DNA of 60,545 nucleotides, taken from the NCBI GenBank assembly GCA_045599505.1, contig JAZRWC010000067.1, forward strand, positions 1-60,545, written 5' to 3'. The DNA is from Erysipelotrichaceae bacterium. Its GTDB lineage: Bacteria; Bacillota_I; Bacilli_A; Erysipelotrichales; Erysipelotrichaceae. Each line of letters begins with the position of its first letter. The stretch's first letter is position 1. Below are positions 39,846 to 49,396 of this stretch, piece after piece. The position numbers and the translations under genes were made by a program. Below the pieces are notes generated by a model that was not told the origin of the DNA, searched no databases, and saw only the letters and a list, made by a program, of their open reading frames with translations.

Positions 39846-41111
39846 ATGGAAGAAGTAATTAGAATAACTGGAGGAAAACGTCTTAACGGAACTATTAGAG
39901 TATCTGGAGCTAAAAACGCTACAGTAGCTTTAATCCCAGCTAGTGTACTTGGCTATTCCAAGGTAACTATTGTTGGTATTCCAAATATCTCTGACGTTAA
40001 ATCTCTAAAAGAAATCCTTGAATATATGAATGTTAAGATTACTACTCCTGCATTGGATGAATTAATTATTGATCCAAGCAACATGGTTAATAAACCACTA
40101 GTAATCGACGCAGTAAGCAAATTAAGAGCTTCATATTATTTCATGGGAGCTTTATTAGGAAAGTATAAAAAAGTAATTATCAGAATGCCTGGTGGATGTA
40201 ACTTAGGCCCTAGACCTATCGACTTACATTTAAAGGGCTTCGCTGCACTAGGAGCAAATATCGACTATAAGGATGACAACTATATCCTAACTGCTGATAA
40301 ATTAGTTGGAACAAGAATCTACTTAGACTTCGCTTCAGTAGGTGCTACTATTAATATCTTAATGGCTGCAGTATACGCTGAAGGTATTACAACTATTGAA
40401 AACGCAGCAAGAGAACCTGAAATTATCGACTGTATTACTTTATTAAAGACTATGGGTGCTAAGATTAGTGGTGGTGGAACTAGCACTATTACTATTGAAG
40501 GAGTAGAAAGACTAGAAGGATGCTTCCACGAAATCATCCCAGATAGAATCGAAGCAGGCACATACATTGTCATGGCAGCTGCTATGGCTGATCATGTAAG
40601 AATCGATAATGTTATTCCTCATCATTTAGAATCATTAATTTCTAAATTAAACCAGTGTGGAGTAAATATCGTTCCTAGCATCGATCATGTTGATGTATAC
40701 AAAACAGGCAAGGAATTAGTAAGCACAAATATCAAGACAATGCCTTATCCAGGTTTTGCGACAGACTTACAAGCTCCTTTATCAACATTATTGACTCAAG
40801 CTAAAGGAAACTCAACAATAACTGAAACTATCTATCCTGAAAGATTCAAGCATTGTGAGCAGTTGAATTTAATGGGTGCAAACAACATCATTACTTCTCC
40901 AAAAGCTACAATCGTTGGTCCAACTAAACTGCATGGTACCGATGTCAAAGCTACAGATTTAAGATGTGGCGCTGCACTTGTTATAGCAGGATTAATAGCT
41001 GAAGGAACAACAACAATTCATGACATCTATCATATTGATAGAGGGTATGAAGATATCGTTAGTAAACTAAAAGCATTAGGTGCAGATATAAGAAGAGAAA
41101 TTGTCGATTAA
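39846..41111 (+). CDS. murA: UDP-N-acetylglucosamine 1-carboxyvinyltransferase
   Basis: ITGGKRLNGTIRVSGAKNA..., catalytic Cys in MPGGCNLGPRPIDLH. 421 aa. Confidence 0.95.
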   Translation: MEEVIRITGGKRLNGTIRVSGAKNATVALIPASVLGYSKVTIVGIPNISDVKSLKEILEYMNVKITTPALDELIIDPSNMVNKPLVIDAVSKLRASYYFMGALLGKYKKVIIRMPGGCNLGPRPIDLHLKGFAALGANIDYKDDNYILTADKLVGTRIYLDFASVGATINILMAAVYAEGITTIENAAREPEIIDCITLLKTMGAKISGGGTSTITIEGVERLEGCFHEIIPDRIEAGTYIVMAAAMADHVRIDNVIPHHLESLISKLNQCGVNIVPSIDHVDVYKTGKELVSTNIKTMPYPGFATDLQAPLSTLLTQAKGNSTITETIYPERFKHCEQLNLMGANNIITSPKATIVGPTKLHGTDVKATDLRCGAALVIAGLIAEGTTTIHDIYHIDRGYEDIVSKLKALGADIRREIVD

Positions 41112-41125
41112 TTTTAACTAATAAA

Positions 41126-41170
41126 ATACACGTGAACCTAATTATGATCCACGTGTATTTTTTATTTTTT
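41126..41170 (+). terminator. intrinsic terminator after murA
   Basis: ATACACGTG/CACGTGTAT stem followed by a long T-run. Confidence 0.8.
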
Positions 41171-41206
41171 AGTTTGAGATTCAATAAATTCAGGATCTTT
41201 TACTAA

Positions 41207-41596
41207 TGTGAAAATCCTATTTGCACTTTAAACTTATGCGTAGCATACAATAATAATGGAAAATTTAGTGGAACTGAAGAAGCATCTATAAAAGAACTCC
41301 TAAATTCAAATTGCTACGCTAAACCGAACTTAGGAAATAAATATATACACGAATATTCCAAAGCAGCTAAAAGCTTTGAAACTATCTATTTTAATGATTT
41401 TTTCAAATTAGAAGATAAAGATGCGGTATTCTTTTATGCAGGATTAAACCCTCTACCTCAAGGTTATTCTTGTGCAATTGTAAAAGATGTTAAGATGGAA
41501 GTTGGCTACATAATAAGAAATTCTCAATATAATAGACTGAAACCTTTCATAGAATATACTAAAAATTACATAAGTAATCTATTACAGAACAAATAA
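41207..41596 (+). pseudogene. start-less open frame (about 129 codons), probable 5'-truncated gene remnant
   Basis: The frame is open from 41207 to the TAA at 41594-41596 (...NNNGKFSGTEEASIKELLNSNCYAKPNLGNKYIHEYSKAAKSFETIYFNDFF...). There is no ATG, GTG or TTG until 32 codons before the stop. It starts right after the murA terminator. Confidence 0.3.
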
Positions 41597-41641
41597 TTAT
41601 TATTAATAAATGTCGATATTTTCATTATAACAAAACACAAT

Positions 41642-41682
41642 AAAGCCTATACTACTTGAGCTTAAGTAATATAGGCTTTTTT
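41642..41682. terminator. bidirectional intrinsic terminator
   Basis: AAAGCCTATA/TATAGGCTTT stem followed by T6. Confidence 0.7.
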
Positions 41683-41685
41683 AGT

Positions 41686-42303
41686 TTACTCTACAACTTT
41701 TTGAGCAATAACAACATCCATACAATGATTGTGTGGAACCCCTGAACTATGACATTCAAAGATTGTTTCATCAACCTTTAATAGTTTCCAATCAGGATAG
41801 TATGCAAATAGCTCTCCTGTCTGCCACATCTTTTCTTCAATGTCCCAGTCTGGTGCTAATGGAATAAATGGCTTATCAACAAATACATTAAACCAATGAA
41901 TACCATTAACATTTGTTGCTTCTTTAATCTTTTTGAAGAAGATATCTTTCTTATCATCAAACAAGTATTGTACTGTCCCTGTTGAATAGATGATATCGTA
42001 CTTTTCAGTAAGATTTAAATCGTTGATATCAGCGATAAACGCATTGATTTCAACACCTTCCTTTTCAGCTAAGGCTTTAGTTTTTCTAATACCATTTTCT
42101 GTAATATCGAAAGCTGAAACACTGTATCCCTGTTTTGCCAAAAATACTGCATCCTTGCCTTCTCCACAACCGATATCTAAAACTTTAATATCCTTGCTAG
42201 GAGGAATAATCTTCATTAATTCATAGCATAATTCAGCTGGTTCAAATCCCCAGTAATACTCATCTGAATCATACCACTTCTCATACATTGTTCTAATAGA
42301 CAT
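41686..42303 (-). CDS. class I SAM-dependent methyltransferase (TehB-like)
   Basis: Motif I VLDIGCGEGKDAVFLA, followed by AFDIT. Confidence 0.75.
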   Translation of the reverse strand: MSIRTMYEKWYDSDEYYWGFEPAELCYELMKIIPPSKDIKVLDIGCGEGKDAVFLAKQGYSVSAFDITENGIRKTKALAEKEGVEINAFIADINDLNLTEKYDIIYSTGTVQYLFDDKKDIFFKKIKEATNVNGIHWFNVFVDKPFIPLAPDWDIEEKMWQTGELFAYYPDWKLLKVDETIFECHSSGVPHNHCMDVVIAQKVVE

Positions 42304-42305
42304 AA

Positions 42306-43415
42306 TTAATCAACGTACTTAGGAGCGCCATGTCTAGCTGACTTAACTGGAACTGCAGCCTTGAACTTAGCATATAATGGATGATAATCAGTCTTTAATG
42401 TCTGCTGTGCAAATTCAGCTAATAATGGAGCTACTGCTAAATATGCTAATGGTAAGATTTCTTCTGGTAATACTACATCAGTAGTGATTGCATCTTCACC
42501 ATCTCTAGGATCATTAGTTACGATATATGTCTTATCTGAAACAAACTTACATGCCTGGTAAATTTCATGCATTCTATTTGTTGCAGCATCTTTTCTATTA
42601 CTATCATAGATAATAGTTACGAAATCAGGATTGATTGGGTAACAAGGGCCGTGTAAGAATTCTTCTGTTTCATAAGCTGTAGCATGAATCTTAACAGTTT
42701 CTCCAATCTTTAATGCACCTTCAACACATGTAGCGAAGTTGCTTCCAGCACCTACTAACCATACATCCTTCATTGATAATAATTCCTTCTGATGGCTTTC
42801 GATGAACTTTAATGAAGAAGCCTGTAACTGCTTATGAGCATCCATAGCTAATACGATAGAATCCTTCCAGCACTTATTTTCTTCTGCACTCATTAAGCCC
42901 TTAGCTGTCTGTGCTTCGATACCAAATAACATTAAGTATTCAGCTAATGTGATAACACCCTTAGTTACATAACCAACTAATTCGATACCAACACCCCAGT
43001 CGCATACTAAATCACATTCATCTTTGAAATCTGATTCAACATTACCAGTGATACCAATCTTCTTTAAGCCCTTTTCCTTTAATACCTGGATAGCTTCTAA
43101 TGAGTTAGTACTCTTACCAGACTGTGATACAACTAATACGAAATCATCTTCATCAACATTATTGTCATAATGAACGAATGTGAATGGTGATAATAACTTA
43201 ACTTCCTTATTTAAAACCTTACGTAAGAAGTTTACAGCACATAAAGATCCATTATAGCTTGATCCTGATGCGATGATCACAACTCTCTTGAATTCCTTTT
43301 CTAAGTAAGCATCAACTAAAGACTTAGTTAATTCTTCGCTTCTCTTTACGTTAGCTAAAACTGCTTCAGGAGTTTCAACAACGTAAGTTTTCATAGTTAA
43401 CTTCTTTTCTTCCAT
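42306..43415 (-). CDS. double-SIS-domain sugar-phosphate isomerase/aminotransferase-like protein (GlmS C-terminal / FrlB-like)
   Basis: SIS motifs ASGSSYNGS and SQSGKSTNSLEA, with a second SIS half. Confidence 0.7.
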   Translation of the reverse strand: MEEKKLTMKTYVVETPEAVLANVKRSEELTKSLVDAYLEKEFKRVVIIASGSSYNGSLCAVNFLRKVLNKEVKLLSPFTFVHYDNNVDEDDFVLVVSQSGKSTNSLEAIQVLKEKGLKKIGITGNVESDFKDECDLVCDWGVGIELVGYVTKGVITLAEYLMLFGIEAQTAKGLMSAEENKCWKDSIVLAMDAHKQLQASSLKFIESHQKELLSMKDVWLVGAGSNFATCVEGALKIGETVKIHATAYETEEFLHGPCYPINPDFVTIIYDSNRKDAATNRMHEIYQACKFVSDKTYIVTNDPRDGEDAITTDVVLPEEILPLAYLAVAPLLAEFAQQTLKTDYHPLYAKFKAAVPVKSARHGAPKYVD

Positions 43416-43457
43416 TTTATTATTTACCTCACTTGTTATTAATATTCTATCAAACTA

Positions 43458-43472
43458 CTATAGCGCTTTCAA
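43458..43472 (-). promoter_or_regulatory. cre-like box (imperfect) upstream of the SIS-methyltransferase operon
   Basis: The minus-strand sequence TTGAAAGCGCTATAG matches WTGNAANCGNWNNCW except at the last two constrained positions. Confidence 0.2.
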
Positions 43473-43656
43473 TTGATATACAACAAATTGACACATTCAA
43501 AAAAGCCTTTATTTTCCTATATTTTTTGAATCTTTAATGCATCAAAAATAACGCAAAAATCGCTACTTTTTTATTGAATTAGCCATTTATCTATGATACT
43601 ATAATCATGCACTTACTTTGGATTTACATTTAATCCAAGGCGGAAGGAGATCGAAT

Positions 43657-43860
43657 ATGAAGGAAAAGACACATCCAACAGTATTTGAAACAAAGGTTAT
43701 CTGTGCTTCATGTGGTAACGAATTCATGACTCATTCAACTAAGAAGGAAATCAAGGTTGATACATGTTCTAATTGCCATCCATTCTACACAGGTAGACAG
43801 CGTTTCCAGGCTGCTGCAGGACGTATTGAACAGTTCAATAAGAAGTACGGCTTAAAGTAG
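43657..43860 (+). CDS. rpmE: 50S ribosomal protein L31 (zinc-binding type A)
   Basis: MKEKTHP...CASCGNEF...[22 protein letters not shown] precedes the ATG at 43657. Confidence 0.95.
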   Translation: MKEKTHPTVFETKVICASCGNEFMTHSTKKEIKVDTCSNCHPFYTGRQRFQAAAGRIEQFNKKYGLK

Positions 43861-43879
43861 TAGATTAGAGTGATTATGA

Positions 43880-43908
43880 AGAAGCTTCGCAAATGCGAAG
43901 CTTTTTTC
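43880..43908 (+). terminator. intrinsic terminator after rpmE
   Basis: AAGCTTCGC-AAAT-GCGAAGCTT followed by T6. Confidence 0.85.
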
Positions 43909-43968
43909 TTTCAACCGTAGATTTACATAATTCTATCAATTAGAATATAGATAAGAAGGTATAAGTGT

Positions 43969-44910
43969 ATGAATAATAAACCTATTAATATTATATTTGA
44001 TGGCGATCCAGGCCATGATGATGCCTTAGCTATTCTTTTAGCTAGTGCTAGCGAAAAGATTAATATCCTAGCTATAACAGCAGTAAATGGTAACTGCTCA
44101 GTTGATAAAGCAGCTTATAACGCATTAAGAATTTGTGCATTGCTGAATATTAAAGCTCCTGTAGCTAAGGGACAAAATGGTCCTTTATATGTAAAGTCAC
44201 TAGCTGCTCCTAGCAATATACATGGGGAAAGTGGACTAGATGGACCAGCTCTTCCAGAACCAGATAGAGAATTAGAGTCTATCAGCGCTATTGAACTAAT
44301 GATTAAAACTTTAGAACAAACTGATGATCTGGTAACTATCGTAGCTACTGGACCATTAACTAATGTTGCAGCTTTACTATTAGTAAGGCCCGATTTAAAA
44401 CCTAAAATTGAAAGAATCTCTATTATGGGTGGTGGAATTCTTTATGGTAACTGGACTCCTGCAGCAGAATTTAATATCTTAGTTGACCCTGAAGCTGCTG
44501 ATATCGTCTTTACTAGCGGTATTCCAATCTATATGGCTCCATTAGATGTTACTGAAAAAGCGTTAATACTACCTCAAGATGTCGAAGAGATTAAAAGCTT
44601 AAACAATAAAGTATCTGATATAGTATGGCAATGGCTAGAATTCTTCTATCGCTTCCATAAATCAATTGGCTATCAAGGAGCACCAATGCATGACCCTTGT
44701 GCTGTAATGGTATTATTGCACCCTGAAATATTCCAGTTAGTTGATATGCATGTAGATATCGAAACTGAAGGAAAATATACTTATGGTGCAACTATCGGTG
44801 ATATCAATCATATTACTGATAAACCTAATAACGCTACTGTTTTAATGAATTTAGATAGAGAAGCTTTTGTAAGATATTTAGTAGAAGCAGTTAGAAAGTT
44901 TGAGGATTAA
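43969..44910 (+). CDS. nucleoside hydrolase (inosine/uridine-preferring, IUNH family)
   Basis: N-terminal aspartate motif DGDPGHDDALA, GPLTNVA, AEFNI..DPEAA. Confidence 0.9.
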   Translation: MNNKPINIIFDGDPGHDDALAILLASASEKINILAITAVNGNCSVDKAAYNALRICALLNIKAPVAKGQNGPLYVKSLAAPSNIHGESGLDGPALPEPDRELESISAIELMIKTLEQTDDLVTIVATGPLTNVAALLLVRPDLKPKIERISIMGGGILYGNWTPAAEFNILVDPEAADIVFTSGIPIYMAPLDVTEKALILPQDVEEIKSLNNKVSDIVWQWLEFFYRFHKSIGYQGAPMHDPCAVMVLLHPEIFQLVDMHVDIETEGKYTYGATIGDINHITDKPNNATVLMNLDREAFVRYLVEAVRKFED

Positions 44911-44913
44911 TTT

Positions 44914-45444
44914 ATGAAGAATGTATTCTTATCTATAGATAATATTAATGATAATAAGGAACTATTATCATTATTAAATAACGATCCTGAAATTAATATA
45001 ATTAGTGCTGAACAATTAGCTAGTTTAAAGGCTACTGTAATAGTAAATGGTCCATTAACCGAGCTTAATAATTTACTTCTTACTAATTGGAAATTAAGAA
45101 ATAATATCGAGGAAATTTTATTTATTGGGGGAAGTGACAGGTATGGGGATGTTACTCCAGTAGCTGAAAAGAATATCTACGCAGATCCCAAAGCAGCACA
45201 AAGTGTTTTCTTATCAAATATCCAAATGGTAGTATTCCCATTAAACTTCACTAGAAACAAAACTAATAAATCTATATATCCATATTATTATATAAAGGAT
45301 AATAGTAAATTTACTGTAGAACCTTGTGGCATATTTGTAGAAACTTCAGGAAAGTATTCAAAAGGCATGACAGTAACTGATATCTACTCAGATAAACAAT
45401 TTGAAGATCAACATTGTTTGATGGTTCTAGATTGTTCCTTATAA
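44914..45444 (+). CDS. truncated, catalytically degenerate nucleoside-hydrolase-like protein
   Basis: 176 aa. It aligns by eye to the IUNH core (NGPLTELNNLL, GGSDRYGDVTPVAEKNIYADPKAAQSVF), but DxDxxxDD is replaced by SIDNINDNKE and the C-terminal third is absent. Confidence 0.55.
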   Translation: MKNVFLSIDNINDNKELLSLLNNDPEINIISAEQLASLKATVIVNGPLTELNNLLLTNWKLRNNIEEILFIGGSDRYGDVTPVAEKNIYADPKAAQSVFLSNIQMVVFPLNFTRNKTNKSIYPYYYIKDNSKFTVEPCGIFVETSGKYSKGMTVTDIYSDKQFEDQHCLMVLDCSL

Positions 45445-45450
45445 TCACAA

Positions 45451-45485
45451 AGACCAATAGCTTAAAACTATTGGTCTATTTTTTG
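45451..45485 (+). terminator. intrinsic terminator
   Basis: AGACCAATAG/CTATTGGTCT stem followed by a T-run. It overlaps the 3' end of the convergent gene. Confidence 0.75.
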
Positions 45486-46300
45486 TTATTCAAACTAATA
45501 AGTACTATTTCAGGATTATTAAATCCTCTTAATGGGAATAGACTATTTCCTAAACCTCGAGATATTAGCATATCCCTACCATTTAAACTGTGTACCCCTT
45601 CGCTATATTTCGGTAGTAGTAATTGTTGAGGGGCAAATAATCCCCCAATTAATGGTAGTCTAACTTGTCCACCATGAGCATGTCCTGTTAATACCAAATC
45701 AACGGGATAGCTAATATAGCTTTCAAAGAATTGTGGACGGTGTGATAGTAGAATAGTAAATCTCTCATCTTCATTTACTAGTGATTCTAAATTATTTATT
45801 AGATGCTCTTTTTGAACAGATTTATTTTTAAGAGAGCCAAACCCGACATCGTCAAAACCAATTAATCTAATATCATCATTAATGATTTCCTTATCATTTC
45901 TAATAAGATGAACTCCCAATTTTAATATCTCATCTTCATACTGTTTAGAATACTTTTTAGCTTCATGATTACCATAAACATAGTATACTGGACAAATCTC
46001 AACTAATTTACTAGCCAAGTATATTCCTCTTTCATATTTTGTTCTTCTTTTATCAATCAAGTCACCAGTAATCATAATATAATCAGGATTACACGCTTTA
46101 ACCTTATTAATAAGGTTTATATTATCTTTACCAAACAAATCATTATGAACATCTGATAAATGAACTATTCTATAGTTATTCTTTAATTTTCCACTAGTAA
46201 AACCATATTCACTTATCCCTATATTCTTATTCTGATAAATAAAATAGCTCAATAAACATATAGCTAATATAACAATTAAAACAATTACTAATGGTTCCAT
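45476..46300 (-). CDS. membrane-anchored metallophosphoesterase (YkuE-like)
   Basis: Motifs HLSDVH, TGDLID, GNHE and GHAHGGQ, with an N-terminal TM helix. Confidence 0.85.
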   Translation of the reverse strand: MEPLVIVLIVILAICLLSYFIYQNKNIGISEYGFTSGKLKNNYRIVHLSDVHNDLFGKDNINLINKVKACNPDYIMITGDLIDKRRTKYERGIYLASKLVEICPVYYVYGNHEAKKYSKQYEDEILKLGVHLIRNDKEIINDDIRLIGFDDVGFGSLKNKSVQKEHLINNLESLVNEDERFTILLSHRPQFFESYISYPVDLVLTGHAHGGQVRLPLIGGLFAPQQLLLPKYSEGVHSLNGRDMLISRGLGNSLFPLRGFNNPEIVLISLNNKK

Positions 46301-46378
46301 AAATTACCCTCATCAATATTATAGCTTATTTGGAATTATTATTTGAATAATGTATAATTAGAGTGAGGTGTTTTTACT

Positions 46379-47446
46379 ATGGACAAAATGTTAGCAAGAT
46401 TAGAAACAATGTCTGCTCGTTATGACGAAATCAACGATATCTTAATTAATACACCATCATTCTCAGATGCTAGAGAATATGCTAAGTTAAGTAAAGAGCA
46501 GGCTTCACTTCAGGGAACTGTTGAAGTTTACCATGAATTAAAAGATGTTATGACACAAATTGAAGAAGCTAATTTGTTGTTAGATGATAAAGATTTAAGA
46601 GAAATGGCTGAAATGGAATTAGAAGAACTTAATCCAAGAAAGCAGGAATTGATCGATAGATTAGAAGTGTTATTAATCGAAAAAGATCCTAACGATGAAT
46701 GCGACGCTATCTTTGAAATTAGAGGAGCTGCTGGTGGAGATGAAGGTAATATCTTCGCTGGCGACTTATATAGAATGTATGTTAAATACGCTGAAGGAAA
46801 GGGCTGGAAGGTTGAAACTATCGATGCTTCAGAATCAGAAGCTGGTGGATTCTCTCAGATTTCATTCATCGTAAGAGGTAATGAAGTTTATAAAGAATTA
46901 AAGTTTGAATCAGGTGCTCATAGAGTACAGCGTGTTCCTAAAACTGAATCACAAGGTAGAATTCAGACTTCTACTGCAACAGTATTAGTATTACCAGAAG
47001 TTGAAAATATTGATTACACTATCAATATGGAAGACTTAACATTTGAAACTCATAGAGCTTCAGGTGCTGGAGGACAGCATATCAACAAAACTGACTCAGC
47101 TGTAAGAATCACTCATATTCCTACAGGTATCACTGTAAACTGCCAGGATGGTAGAAGCCAGATCCAGAACCGTGAAACAGCATTAAGAATCGTTACTGCA
47201 AGAGTATATGACTACTACAAGCAGAAGGAAGAAGCTGAAAAGGGTGCTGAAAGAAGAAGTAAGATCGGTACAGGTGATAGAAGTGAAAAGATTAGAACTT
47301 ACAACTATCCACAGAACCGTGTAACTGACCATAGAATTGGATTTACTTTACAGCAGCTTGATAGAGTTATGGAAGGTAAGCTTGATGATATTATCGCTGC
47401 ATTATTAGATGCAGATCAGAAAGCTAGAATCGCTGGAGAACAATAG
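46379..47446 (+). CDS. prfA: peptide chain release factor 1
   Basis: GGQ motif (SGAGGQHINKTDSAVR) and the RF1-type tripeptide region QRVPKTESQGRIQTS. Confidence 0.95.
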   Translation: MDKMLARLETMSARYDEINDILINTPSFSDAREYAKLSKEQASLQGTVEVYHELKDVMTQIEEANLLLDDKDLREMAEMELEELNPRKQELIDRLEVLLIEKDPNDECDAIFEIRGAAGGDEGNIFAGDLYRMYVKYAEGKGWKVETIDASESEAGGFSQISFIVRGNEVYKELKFESGAHRVQRVPKTESQGRIQTSTATVLVLPEVENIDYTINMEDLTFETHRASGAGGQHINKTDSAVRITHIPTGITVNCQDGRSQIQNRETALRIVTARVYDYYKQKEEAEKGAERRSKIGTGDRSEKIRTYNYPQNRVTDHRIGFTLQQLDRVMEGKLDDIIAALLDADQKARIAGEQ

Positions 47447-47450
47447 TCAG

Positions 47451-48308
47451 ATGCCATCATATCGTAAGCTTTTACAACAAGCTATTAAAAAGTGTGAATT
47501 AAGCGGTGTCAGCGCTGATGCCCCTCAATTATTACTAACTGAGACATGCGGATTATCTAATACCGATTTATATGTGAAATATGATGAGGATGTTAATCCT
47601 GAATTTATTGAACAATTCAATAATGGTGTTGAAAGATTATGTAATGGAGAACCTTTACAGTATGTATTAGGATATTGGTGGTTCTGTGGCTACAAAATGG
47701 TTGTTAATGAAGGTGCATTAATTCCTCGTCCTGAAACAGAAGAGTTAGTTGGCAACGTATTAGCTGATTCTGATTATTACTTTGCCGATTTAGAAACAAT
47801 CGAAATCGCAGATGTAGGAACAGGTTCAGGAGCTATCGCTATAGCTCTCAAAAATGAGGAACAGAAATTCCATATGACAGCTACTGATATTTCCTTTGAA
47901 GCATTAGACGTAGCTAAAGAAAACGCATCTATCAACAATTGTGAAATTGATTTCTTACAAGGAGACATGCTTCAACCACTTATCGATAAAGGAATTAAGC
48001 TAGATATCCTAGTAAGTAATCCTCCATATATCCCAGCTCACCAGCAAATGGAAAAAGCTGTTGTGGATTTTGAACCACATGTTGCCTTATTTGGTGGAGA
48101 TGATGGATTATTCTTCTATCGTAAGATATTTGAAAAAGCCTATGAAGTTGTTAAAGAGCATTCATTTATGGCTTTTGAAATTGGATATGATGAAAAAGAA
48201 GCTATCACTAAACTAGTTGAACAATACTTCCCTAATGATAAATATGAAGTATTAAAAGACATCAATGGCAAGGATAGAATGTTATTCGTATATCATAATT
48301 TAGATTAG
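47451..48308 (+). CDS. prmC: release factor glutamine N5-methyltransferase
   Basis: DVGTGSGAIA and the NPPY motif. Immediately downstream of prfA. Confidence 0.9.
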   Translation: MPSYRKLLQQAIKKCELSGVSADAPQLLLTETCGLSNTDLYVKYDEDVNPEFIEQFNNGVERLCNGEPLQYVLGYWWFCGYKMVVNEGALIPRPETEELVGNVLADSDYYFADLETIEIADVGTGSGAIAIALKNEEQKFHMTATDISFEALDVAKENASINNCEIDFLQGDMLQPLIDKGIKLDILVSNPPYIPAHQQMEKAVVDFEPHVALFGGDDGLFFYRKIFEKAYEVVKEHSFMAFEIGYDEKEAITKLVEQYFPNDKYEVLKDINGKDRMLFVYHNLD

Positions 48309-48412
48309 TTATTAAAATCATATGTTATCTATTTGGTTAGTTCCTTATAGTAATATATGATTTTTATTAAGGATAAAATCAATTATAATATTAGTAATTG
48401 GAGGTATTCTCT

Positions 48413-49348
48413 ATGGGATTCAGATTTTATAAATCATTCAAAATAGCTAAAGGTTTAAAACTTAACATTTCTAAAAGTGGCCCTTCTTTAACAATTGGTA
48501 AGAGAGGATTAACATTTAATCTATCTAAAAGAGGAACATATATGACAGCTTCTTTACCAAAGACAGGCTTATCATATAGAACAAAAATTGGTGGCAAGAA
48601 AAAATCATCAACTAATACTAATCAAACTTTAACTGAACAATATTCATCATCAAAGAAATATTCAAAGATTCCTGAATATGAAGAAAATAAACAATTAGTT
48701 GAAGATTATTTAGAAAATGAAAACTTCATAGTCAACATGCATAACTACAGCCCTGATGTTGTTACACAAGAAGATTTCGTAAATCATTTATCAGAATTAG
48801 ATAATGAAGAAATGGCAAATTCATTAGGAAGTTTAATCTCTGGTGATCAAGAAGTATTAACAGAAGTATTAGATAACTTCTTTAGCGATACTCAAATGCC
48901 TTATGAGATGAATGTTTCCTATAATCTAAGTGATGACTCATTATACTTAGATGTGGATTTACCTGAAGTAGAAGACTTCCCTAATAAATATCCAACATTA
49001 ATGATGACTGGGGAAATACTAGATAAGGTTAAAAACGTTACAACTGTTAGAAGCCAATACGCTAATTCAGTAATAGCTTTGTCAATCTTTTTAGCAGCTA
49101 ATATTTTCAACATTACTCCTTACATCAAACAGATTATCGTATCTGGATATACGCAAAAGAGAGATTCTGTCGGAGATATAAAGGATGTATATTTATATTC
49201 AGTTATCTATACTAGAGAACTATTTGAGGAAGCTAACTTTGAAGAACTTGGAAAGCCTTATGACTTTATGCTAAAGTTCAGAAATAGAATTAATCTATCC
49301 ACTACTTCAACATTCAAAGAAATAGTTCCATTCCCAAATTTTCAATAA
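48413..49348 (+). CDS. DUF4236 domain-containing protein
   Basis: The N-terminus MGFRFYKSFKIAKGLKLNISKSGPSLTIGKRGLTFN is the DUF4236 signature. A GGAGG RBS precedes the ATG at 48413. Confidence 0.6.
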   Translation: MGFRFYKSFKIAKGLKLNISKSGPSLTIGKRGLTFNLSKRGTYMTASLPKTGLSYRTKIGGKKKSSTNTNQTLTEQYSSSKKYSKIPEYEENKQLVEDYLENENFIVNMHNYSPDVVTQEDFVNHLSELDNEEMANSLGSLISGDQEVLTEVLDNFFSDTQMPYEMNVSYNLSDDSLYLDVDLPEVEDFPNKYPTLMMTGEILDKVKNVTTVRSQYANSVIALSIFLAANIFNITPYIKQIIVSGYTQKRDSVGDIKDVYLYSVIYTRELFEEANFEELGKPYDFMLKFRNRINLSTTSTFKEIVPFPNFQ

Positions 49349-49356
49349 TTAATTAA

Positions 49357-49396
49357 AGCCCTCACTTCAATCCAATGAAATGAGGGCTATTGTTTT
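49357..49396 (+). terminator. intrinsic terminator
   Basis: AGCCCTCA/TGAGGGCT stem with a 16-nt loop, followed by ATTGTTTT. Confidence 0.55.

Noticed and set aside
43590-43656. A hairpin, CTTTGGATT-tacattt-AATCCAAGG, in the rpmE leader as a ribosomal-protein autoregulatory leader.
   Set aside because: It is a single short hairpin and I cannot match it to a described L31 leader motif from memory. Evidence is insufficient.
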